A stretch of DNA of 10,887 nucleotides from Octopus sinensis. Taxonomy: Eukaryota. The translations under genes were made by a program, and so were the position numbers. Within the stretch, counting starts at the first letter, position 1. Every line of letters starts with the position of its first letter. The stretch lies in the NCBI RefSeq assembly GCF_006345805.1, contig NW_021827224.1, forward strand, positions 1-10,887, written 5' to 3'. The notes under the pieces were generated by a model that ran no database searches, was not told the origin of the DNA, and saw only the letters and a program-made list of their open reading frames with translations. Below are positions 1 through 8,296 of this stretch, in pieces.

Positions 1-14
1 GTGGATATACCTAG

Positions 15-88
<74 letters not shown>

Positions 89-140
89 GCATTTATATAT
101 ATATATATTTTCGCATATATGTATATATATATATATATTT
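15..140. repeat. (CA)n microsatellite followed by imperfect (TA)n
   Basis: About 32 CA units at 15-79 with one T interruption at 41, then TA-rich runs to ~140. Confidence 0.97.
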
Positions 141-354
141 ACAAAAGTAAATATATATGTCATACCTAGAAAATATACTTACATAAATTTACATATGTAC
201 ATGTAGACACACACACATATATATACATACGTCTGTACATAAAGACACACCGACATATATGTGCATATATATTAAATATATATGTATATTAGATATCGTA
301 TATATACATATATAATAAATTATATATATATCATGTTATATATGATATATGATA

Positions 355-356
355 TA

Positions 357-391
<35 letters not shown>

Positions 392-434
392 CTATCTCTC
401 TGTCTGTCTATCTATATAATCTATCTATCTATCT

Positions 435-483
<49 letters not shown>

Positions 484-491
484 TACTGACG

Positions 492-570
<79 letters not shown>

Positions 571-614
571 CCTGACTGTCTATCTATCTAATATATCTAT
601 CTACTATCTATCTA

Positions 615-670
<56 letters not shown>

Positions 671-699
671 AATCTATCTCCTCTACACTCTCTCGCTAC

Positions 700-751
<52 letters not shown>

Positions 752-755
752 GTGT

Positions 756-795
<40 letters not shown>

Positions 796-862
796 TTATA
801 TATATTATATATATATATTATATATATATAATATATATATACGCATACACACACACACACAT
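355..862. repeat. Compound microsatellite block: (TA)n, (TATC)n, (TA)n, (TG)n, (TA)n, (CA)n
   Basis: (TA)n ~358-388; interrupted (TATC)n ~405-680; (TA)n 701-748; (TG)n 749-795; TA run to 841; (CA)n 847-862. Confidence 0.96.
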
Positions 863-1021
863 ATATGTACACTTAAAACACACGTTACAGCATAGAAACG
901 CAGCTTTATTATTTGCCCCTTTGAAATGCCACATTTTCGCGCTGATCAAACAAGACAAGACATGATGCTATGTTTGGTAAATGGCACTAAACTTTGGCGG
1001 CAATTTCTCTGATTGACCCGT

Positions 1022-1141
1022 AGAAGAGAAGAAGAAGAAGAAGAAGAAGAAGAAGAAGAAGAAGAAGAAGAAGAAGAAGAAGAAGAAGAAGAAGAGAAGA
1101 AGAAGAAGAAGCAACAACAACAACAACAACAACAGCAACAA
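1022..1141. repeat. (GAA)~29 followed by (CAA)~10
   Basis: Read directly: GAA array 1022-1110 with two GA slips, then CAA/CAG units to 1141. Confidence 0.97.
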
Positions 1142-1277
1142 TAAGAGACCAAAGCTAGTACTAAATGGTCGCGTGGCGGCGCTGCTGCTCTGAAACTGAT
1201 TAGTGATTTGGAGATTAGTGGGTTTGATGAGTTAGTAATTTGGAATCAAATGAAAGTATCTTGGCTTTGGTATAATC

Positions 1278-1331
1278 TGAGAGAGAGAGAGAGAAAGGGA
1301 AGGAGAGAGGGAGGGAGGGAAGGAGGGAGAG
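1278..1331. repeat. (GA)n/(GGGA)n polypurine tract
   Basis: gagagagagagagagaaagggaaggagagagggagggagggaaggagggaga is purine-only on the + strand. Confidence 0.9.
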
Positions 1332-1478
1332 GTTAAGTGGTAAAGGAAGTGTATTGATTGGACGATCGATGGTTAAATAGATCGATAGAAAAATGGTTAG
1401 TTAGGTGATAGATAGTAGATATATAGATAGCCGTAAGCTATTCATATTAACTTTTGTATGCATGCGCGCTCTCACATC

Positions 1479-1479
<1 letters not shown>

Positions 1480-1562
<83 letters not shown>

Positions 1563-1732
1563 CACACAGGCTCATACGCATACAATCTCTCACACAAACA
1601 CATATATCTATATATATATATATATATATGTGTATGTTTACACCCATATATAGAATATAGAGAGACATCCATAGATACACTTCACGCCTTATTTTAGGGC
1701 AGACAGAAAGAGACTAAAAAAACATGAATTCA

Positions 1733-1772
<40 letters not shown>

Positions 1773-1856
1773 AACACACACACACACGCACTCACATACA
1801 CACACAACATACACACGCGCGCGCACACATATACACGCACACACACACACACACAC
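1480..1856. repeat. (CA)n arrays with intervening (TA)n
   Basis: (CA)n 1480-1567, (TA)n ~1600-1629, imperfect (CA)n 1733-1856. Confidence 0.96.
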
Positions 1857-1987
1857 GCTTCATCCGTAAAAGTGAGACGTGTGCGTTCGCTTGGATTTGT
1901 GGTTCGGCCATTCGGATTGTGGGTTTCATTCTTGGACTGGGCAATACATTGCGAAACAAATCAAAAAAATTCTTTGACCGTTCGAAT

Positions 1988-2376
1988 CTTTTTCTTGTTT
2001 CTGCTTATAGACTGCGGCCATGCTGGGGCACCTTCTTGAAGAATTTTTAGTCGAATGCATCGACCCCTGTAGTTAAGTTTTTTTCCCACGTACTTATTCC
2101 ATTAGTCTCCTTTTGCCGAACTGCTAAGTTACGGGGACGTAAACACATCGACACCGGTCGTCAAGTAGTGGTGGGGACAAACGCACAAACACACACACAC
2201 ACACGCACACGCTCACACACACAAGCACACACGCATGCACATATAACAATACGCGAATATACACACACATATATTCGACGAGCTTCTTTCAGTTTCCGTC
2301 AACCAAATCCACCCGCAAGGCACTGGTGGGCCCAAGGTTATAGCAGAAGGTACTTGCCCACGGTGCCATGAAGTGG
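1988..2376 (-). mobile_element. 5'-truncated cephalopod SINE (family B here; Ceph-domain/OR-like) with internal (GT)n
   Basis: The minus strand reads GGCACCGTGGGCAAGTACCTTCTGCTATA..GGATTTGGTTGACGGAAACTGAAAGAAGCTCGTCG, then a (GT)n tract, CCCCGTAACTTAGCAGTTCGGCAAAAGG, GAATAAGTAC, GGGGTCGAT and CCCCAGCATGGCCGCAGTC. These match recalled octopus/Ceph-SINE consensus motifs. It is flanked by GAAT at 1984-1987 and 2377-2380. The family name is from memory. Confidence 0.85.
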
Positions 2377-2380
2377 GAAT

Positions 2381-2870
2381 GTTGATAAAAACTTTCTGAA
2401 AAGTATTGGAACAAATGATGAAATGCTGAATCATGGTCGCCTGTGATGCTTATTTTTAAACAGGGGTTTGTTCGAAGTGGACGTCTGAGCTATAGAGTTT
2501 CTTTTTAACGATCGCTGTAAAGCATTTGTAAGAGGCAGTGTTGAGGAAGAAGTTGGAAATACTGATAAACAAAACCTGGATGCTGCATCATGACAACGAT
2601 CCTGGACATGCATCACTCCTTATCCGTAACTTTTTGGCAAAAACACAGGATGTCTTTTGTTCCGCAACCATCCTACACACCGGATTTGCTTTCTGTGAAC
2701 TTTTCAGATCCGCCCTGAAGTTTATCCAGTTTTCGACGATAAAAGAGATCGAAGAATCATCGAGACAAGAACTGCTGACGAATCCTGTAAATGCATCACA
2801 GAATGCGATCCAAATCTGTAAAAAATATTGGAACCAAAAATGGGGGTGGAATTATATTTCAAGGATATAA
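2381..2870 (+). pseudogene. Mariner transposase catalytic-domain remnant
   Basis: In-frame TAA at 2529-2531, compensating frameshifts around the YTPDL motif, third catalytic D changed to E, and a large deletion after the first D. ORF 2538-2870 is the C-terminal part. Confidence 0.9.
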
Positions 2871-3199
2871 ATCTTATTAAATTGTAAGTAAAACAATAAA
2901 TTAAACGCCTATAGGAAGCATGACATCTCTTGATCCCGTGACCTTAACATTACGTCACATTTCGACAGTTATGTTTCTGCAACCAAGAACACGAGTTAGC
3001 AGCTTCTAAATATATGATAACAGAAAGTGATAGTAAATTGTTTAAACTCTGAAGACGCAATTGAAATTATGGAAGACCTTCCGCACGAGATCAAAAGCTG
3101 ATACAAATGGCGGAGACCAGCTTGTTGCTAGTTATCTGGCTTGGTTCGTGGTCTGAGACTACCTTCTTCACTGCTTCTCACAAGTCCTGGGTGCCTTGA

Positions 3200-3207
3200 T
3201 ATAAAAG
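3200..3207 (+). promoter_or_regulatory. Candidate TATA box (TATAAAAG)
   Basis: Perfect TATAAAAG followed by GGG, with pyrimidine-CA starts 28-36 nt downstream (3228-3236). Motif only; no transcript evidence. Confidence 0.35.
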
Positions 3208-3680
3208 GGGCACGGATGCAGTCCTACATCTCATCATTGATCAGTAAAGAAAAAAAAAGCAGAGCTCTATTTTATAAATAACACACAAACCTTTTCTCAG
3301 ATAACAACAACAGCAATAACAATAACAAGAACAAGCGAAAAGACGACATATTTTCCAAGAAGTTCAAATTGTATTTTTTCTGACGAAATTATTATCCTAT
3401 TTGGCAGGTAAATTTAAAAACAATTTCATCCAACAATCAAAACTGAAGAGCTTGACAATAAAAAAACTCACTCAAATAAATGAATATTTGATCCTCTTTT
3501 CAGGAAAAAAACGAAAAATAAAAATGATATTGATACGGTATTATAATTATTGATTTATAATATCATAACTTTATTTATTTTATATCTTTAAAGACGACTT
3601 TCTTAAGATAAAATTGATTGTTTGTTGGTGGTTTTTATTTAACGTTTTTGTAAGTAATTTTTGACAACTTAGAGAAAAAT

Positions 3681-3752
3681 TAATGGCGCGGACAAGTGGT
3701 ACAAAATGGCCGCCAAATAATTTGGTTATCGCCTTCTTTAACGCCATTTTGT
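3681..3752. promoter_or_regulatory. Cluster of three YY1/Pho-like (ATGGC) motifs
   Basis: TAATGGCGC 3681-3689 (+), CAAAATGGCCGCC 3702-3714 (+), CAAAATGGCG 3742-3751 (-), in an otherwise very AT-rich segment. Confidence 0.35.
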
Positions 3753-3778
3753 TTTTTTCAAATTTCATTTCGTTAAAT

Positions 3779-4146
3779 TATCATCATCATCATCACCATT
3801 CTTCTTATTATTATTGTTATTATTACTATTGTTGTTGTTGTCATCAACATCATCATCATTGTCAACATCACCATCATTATCATCATCATCGTCATCATCG
3901 TCATCATCATCATCATCATCATCACCACAACCACCACCAATACCACAACCACTACCACCAATACCACCACCACCACCACCACCATCACCACCACCAGAAC
4001 CACCAATACCACCAGCACCAGCACCACCACAATCATCATCGTTATATGTTGTGGTCGCTGCTGCCGTTGCTACAGTTGCTGCTCTTCTTCTTCTTCTTCT
4101 TCTTCTTCTTCTTCTTCTTCTTCTTCTTCTTCTTCTTCTTCTTCTT
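3779..4146. repeat. Degenerate (CAT/TAT/TGT/CAC)n mosaic, then (CTT)21
   Basis: Triplet mosaic 3779-4039; pure CTT 4084-4146. Confidence 0.93.
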
Positions 4147-4370
4147 TTTTTAGTGGAAACAAAAAAGTAATTAGGAATTTTCTTTTACCAATAATGACAA
4201 AGCCATTTATCTTTAAAATAAAAAGGAAAAGCATTTAAATTTAATTTTTTATTTTTATAAAGAGTTATTCAAACGACATTAAAGCAAACGTCTTTAAGTA
4301 GCTTTTCAAATCTTCAGATCAGGAAAAAAGTGTATTTCTTATTTATATAGTTATTTAAAAACATTTTAAC

Positions 4371-4447
4371 CTTCTTCTTCTTCTTCTTCTTCTTCTTCTT
4401 CTTCTTCTTCTTCTTCTTCTTCTTCTTCTTCTTCTTCTTCTTCTTCT

Positions 4448-4513
<66 letters not shown>

Positions 4514-4585
4514 TTCTCACGGCTCGTGTTATGGTTATTATAATCTAGTGTTTAATAAAGAAAGCATTATTATTATTATTATTAC

Positions 4586-4663
<78 letters not shown>

Positions 4664-4666
4664 TAC

Positions 4667-4723
<57 letters not shown>

Positions 4724-4730
4724 CATCATC
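4371..4730. repeat. (CTT)25-(CTA)22 compound array and (TAT)~52
   Basis: CTT 4371-4445, CTA 4448-4513, TAT ~4566-4721 ending in CAT units. Confidence 0.97.
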
Positions 4731-4882
4731 ACCTGGAAGGCGAAGAACATAATCAGCCACAATGACAACAACATTCGAACAAACACCGCAGCAACAATAA
4801 CAACGTTAGTTGACCCAAAAGCAAACACTTCCTGTCAACGATGAAATTTCGTGAGTCGTCAGAGAACCAGTAAATTCCATCG

Positions 4883-4886
4883 TGTG

Positions 4887-4917
<31 letters not shown>

Positions 4918-5022
4918 ATATAGATAGATAGATATAGATATAGATATGAATATATTATATATATATATATTATATATATATATATATATAATATATATAT
5001 ATATATATTATATATATATATG
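4883..5022. repeat. (TA)n with (TAGA)n
   Basis: Read directly. Confidence 0.95.
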
Positions 5023-5369
5023 TAATAATTTATATATTTCACATTTCGTCTTGAAATATCAATTACTAATTGTTTATTTGTTTATCTTTTATTTCAGCTT
5101 AATTTTCTTTCATAAGTCTTTTCGTTTGTGATTTTATATGTGAATGGATGTGCGTGTATACACGCTCTTACATTCACAAACGCATGCATTCAAACAATCA
5201 AAAACATACACACAGAGACCAACACGTAATGTATGTATGGATGGATGTATTTATCTTTCTATAACACAAAATATATAATATTTGATCGATTTTTTTTTGC
5301 CAAGAACAGTGCGGAGTTCCTGACACTGTAACGTCATGAAATTTATTCTAATTCATTATGAAGTTTGCC

Positions 5370-5510
5370 TCGTACCTATTTGTTCCGGTCTCTTGCGTCC
5401 CGTGTTCAAATCCTTCCGTATTGAACGTTTGTCTTTCAACCAAGCAAGTATTGGGGGAACCGATTCTTTTCAATCACTCTTCACTTTACTCACACTCTCC
5501 CTCCCTCCCT

Positions 5511-5565
<55 letters not shown>

Positions 5566-5613
5566 CATTAAAGTTCGATCTTGATGACGGGAGTTAACTC
5601 CCAAAATTTGAAA
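5370..5613 (+). mobile_element. Highly degenerate family A SINE copy with (TTTC)n expansion
   Basis: TATTTGTTCCGGTCTCTTGCGTCCCGTGTTCAAATCC (B-box-like) and TTTGTCTTTCAACC align to the family A copies in this window. The terminal CCAAAATTTGAAA (5601-5613) equals the family A tail. CT/(TTTC)n array at ~5496-5565. Confidence 0.5.
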
Positions 5614-5638
5614 GTATATATATATATATATATATTGT

Positions 5639-5846
5639 TTTCAAATTTTGGCAGAAGGCCAGCAATTTCGGGGTGGGAAAATTTGATTACATCGACCCCA
5701 GAACTCAACTGGTTCTTATTTCATCGAATCTAAGGTGATGAAAGGCCAAGTTAACTTCGGTGCAATTTGAACTGAAAACGTAAAGACGGCCGAAAAGCCA
5801 CCAGGCATTTTCCCCTGTGTGCTAATTATTCTGCCAGCTGGACACC
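5639..5846 (-). mobile_element. Family A tRNA-SINE (Deu/Nin-like domain), near full length
   Basis: The minus strand reads CCAGCTGGCAGAATAATTAGC..TTTACGTTTTCAGTTCAAATTGCACCG..GCCTTTCATCACC..GATGAAATAAGAACCAGTTGAG..GGGGTCGATGTAATC..GAAATTGCTGGCCTTCTGCCAAAATTTGAAA, colinear with the copies at 6797-7005 and 10490-10698. Confidence 0.9.
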
Positions 5847-5872
5847 TAAACATAACTATATATATTTACAAC

Positions 5873-6174
5873 GGTGAAGGTGTGTGGCCCAGTGGTTTGG
5901 GAGTTGCACTCACGATCGTGAGATCGAGGGTTCGGCTCCTGGATCGGGTGGCGCGTTGTGTTCTTGAACAAAGCATTTCACATAGGACCAGTTCACTCAG
6001 CTGTAAATCGGTGTACCCTGCGACGGACTAGCCTCCGGATCAGGGCGAACGTTGGCTTGCTCGCATAGCCAGTGGGATGGCATCAACCCAAAGCTATTAA
6101 AACGACCTAAAGCACATTGTGACCAGCGATGTATAACAACATCTGATAGTCTGGTCGATCACGTGATCACGTGA
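5873..6174 (+). mobile_element. Family C tRNA-SINE with CORE-like central domain
   Basis: A box TGGCCCAGTGG 5885-5895; B box GGTTCGGCTCC 5929-5939; CORE-like TTGTGTTCTTGAACAAAGCATTTCAC..CACTCAGCTGTAAAT; 3' tandem tail GATCACGT x2 (6157-6174). Confidence 0.85.
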
Positions 6175-6779
6175 CATAGCAGCTTCGTCGTCCGTACGTC
6201 CATTAATTCTACTCTCTAGGACCTATAAAGCCAATATCCCAGTCAGCGCATCGTTGAAAGTCCTCCTGAATAGACTTGCCAGCTCGTTTACGTCGACGCC
6301 AGGGTCTCCCAGAGGACGTCGTCTCACTTCCTCGTTATTTATCCTCTGTATATAACTAAAGTGGAACATCCACCGATCCTATTGCGTGATTGGTAGAGGA
6401 CAGTGAGCGCCTGACGACATTCTAAGTGCCAGGCGCTCAGTCTCGGTCTAGCTTTCACCCAGGACTGCAGCTTCGTGAAAGAGACGGGCTGTCTCACAAA
6501 CGTTCACCTAGAAGTCGTTGCAGGTGGTGCAACCTGAGTGCGTGTCAATCTGTCTGTTTACCTGTCTGTATAGCATAGAATGTGTTACATTAGTTTATCA
6601 AAACATAATTAGATATATACCTAGGAGGTCATACGAATGTGTTATTCTAAACTTCTGCAGTAGCCTGTTGCTGCGTGTGGACCTTCCCGTTGCTGCGTGT
6701 GGACCTTCCCGTTGCTCAATGGATAATTCGTTTATACGACAGGATCCTGCGTATGAAGTGTGTTCATTAAGTGGTTACA
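6172..6779 (-). mobile_element. Candidate solo LTR (Gypsy-like termini)
   Basis: The minus strand starts TGTAAC (6779-6774) and ends TGTCA (6176-6172). In U3-R-U5 order it carries a 22-bp tandem repeat (6667-6716), CCAAT (6393-6389), TATATA (6354-6349) and AATTAA (6208-6203). About 30 CpG. No TSD found, so the left end is uncertain. Confidence 0.45.
6667..6716. repeat. 22-bp tandem repeat, 2.3 copies
   Basis: GTTGCTGCGTGTGGACCTTCCC at 6667-6688 and 6689-6710 (identical), plus GTTGCT. Confidence 0.97.
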
Positions 6780-6796
6780 ATATTTCAGTGTGGTGA

Positions 6797-7005
6797 CGCG
6801 ATGAGCTGGCAGAATAATGAGCGTGCCGAACAAAATGCTTAACGGCATTTCTTCCGATTTTAAGTTTGTAAGTTCAAATATTCGCTGAGATCGACTTTGC
6901 TTTTCATCTTTTCGCAGTCGATGAAATAAATACCACCTGAGTAATGGGGAACGATGTAATCGACTGCACCTGAAATTGCTGGTTTTGTGCCAAAAATTTG
7001 AAACC
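6797..7005 (+). mobile_element. Family A SINE, full-length copy
   Basis: GAGCTGGCAGAAT head, GTTCAAAT, TTTTCATCTTTTCGCAGTCGATGAAATAAATACCA, GATGTAATCGACT, tail GAAATTGCTGG..CCAAAAATTTGAAA. Flanked by an identical 14-mer at 6783-6796 and 7010-7023. Confidence 0.9.
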
Positions 7006-7025
7006 TGCTTTTCAGTGTGGTGAAA

Positions 7026-7415
7026 TGGCGAGCTGGCAGAATCGTTACCGCGCCGGACAAAATGTCTGACTACATTTCTTCCGATTTTACATGGTCAGTT
7101 GGCAAAAACGTTAGCTGGACAAAATGCTCGGCAGCATTACGTCTGTTTTTACGTTCTGAGTTCAATTTCCGCCGAGATCGGCTTTGCTTTTCATCCTTTC
7201 GGTATCGATTAAAGAAAATACCAGCGAAACACTGGATGGGGTCGATGTAATCGACTAGCCCTCTCCCCCAATATTCAGGCCTGAGTTCAATACTGGTGGC
7301 GTCGACGTTATCTTTCATCATTCCGGAGACAATAAAATAAGTACCAGCTTATCAGCCAGCCTCACCCTACCCCCGCCAAATTCAGGCTTTGTGCTGGTAG
7401 CAGAAATAATGATTA
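7026..7415 (+). mobile_element. Three further head-to-tail family A SINE units
   Basis: Head-only unit ~7026-7090; near-complete unit ~7095-7280 (GAGTTCAATTTCCGCCGAGATCG, TTTCATCCTTTCGG, GGGGTCGATGTAATCGACT); 3' unit ~7283-7415 (GAGTTCAAT, AATAAAATAAGTACCAGC, AAATTCAGGCTTTGTGC). Boundaries approximate. Confidence 0.85.
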
Positions 7416-7692
7416 AATGTTAATAATGCAAGGTATAAAATAAAAGTAATGTAAATTATAGAATGCAAAAAGCCATGAAGAGTAGAAGATGACGACGCCG
7501 CCGCCGCTTTGGTTTCCATTGATTTAGTTCAGTGTTGATAAAGAATGGTTTATTGACTGCTTCCAGCATCGCGACAAAGCAAGTCTAGGTTAACCTCTCG
7601 GTGACTTTATGTTCTGTAATCTTAAAATAATGCATTAAACTTGCATAAACTTACATTATCCAAGTTACGGTGGAACCAGGCAGTGGAATTAG

Positions 7693-7724
7693 ACATATAT
7701 TATATATATATATATATATATAAT

Positions 7725-7766
<42 letters not shown>

Positions 7767-7809
7767 ATATATACATACATACATACATATATACACAATA
7801 CATACATAC

Positions 7810-7887
<78 letters not shown>

Positions 7888-8098
7888 CGCATGCGCATTT
7901 AAGCTTATGTAGGTGAAATATTACTTTATAACATAAATCTGTATTCACAAATAACTGCATTTATTCGTATATATACATACGTATGTATGTATGTATGTAT
8001 GTATGCACATATGTATACATGTATGTATATATATAAAAGTATCTATCTATATGTAACACACAGATGTGAGTGTGCGTGTATATATTATATATATATAT

Positions 8099-8129
<31 letters not shown>

Positions 8130-8139
8130 TTATACATAC

Positions 8140-8171
<32 letters not shown>

Positions 8172-8296
8172 ACATTTTTATATAAATACATATATATATA
8201 TTATATATATATTATATTATATATAAACATTATATGTATACATGCAGATGTGAATGTATCCTTCACCTCCCCCTCTCTCTCTCTCTCTCTCTCTCT

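Larger units (their letters stand above)
1910..2905 (+). mobile_element. Degenerate, internally deleted mariner (Tc1/mariner DD34D) DNA transposon, interrupted by a SINE
   Basis: N-terminal-like [12 protein letters not shown] at 1913-1948 (cf. mariner RICIKFCFKLGKT). FDRSN (1973-1987) joins VDKNFLKSIGTNDE (2381-2422; cf. NFLKRIITGDE, first D). KHL*EAVLRKKLE..WMLHHDN (second D at 2592). Frameshifted VPQPSYTPDL (YSPDL motif, 2674-2688). The third acidic residue (GAA, 2697) lies 35 codons after the second D, which is DD34D spacing. AATAAA at 2895-2900. TIRs not found; ends approximate. Confidence 0.9.

Noticed and set aside
3120-3220. Minus-strand LVRSSEEGS as SH2 FLVRES motif
   Set aside because: The frame stops 8 codons later and the surrounding residues do not fit SH2.
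4733-4831. 99-nt hydrophobic minus-strand exon candidate (EVFAFGSTNVV...FAFQ)
   Set aside because: The acceptor is poor and the hydrophobicity derives from degenerate (TTG)n sequence.
4820-4870. Minus-strand CTGACGA-CTCAC-GAAA hammerhead-like core
   Set aside because: The stem II closing pair is C-C rather than G-C, and the only stem III pairing puts G at the cleavage position. Similar partial cores at 3049, 4311 and 6411 also fail.
5307-5330. ACAGTG...CACTGT as RSS/Transib termini
   Set aside because: Only a 6-bp inverted repeat; the heptamer CACAGTG is incomplete, with no nonamer or TSD.
5873-5945. tRNA gene
   Set aside because: A and B boxes are present, but there is no proper acceptor stem or anticodon loop, and it continues into a SINE body.
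6667-6716. CRISPR-like array
   Set aside because: The repeats are contiguous without spacers, and the context is eukaryotic.
7017-7321. ORFs 7017-7250 (+), 7070-7321 (-), 6860-7060 (-), 5819-6031 (+), 10543-10839 (-)
   Set aside because: They lie largely or wholly within SINE sequence; chance frames.
8256-8265. GTATCCTTC as U12 donor
   Set aside because: An isolated imperfect match among microsatellites, with no matching exon or branch site.
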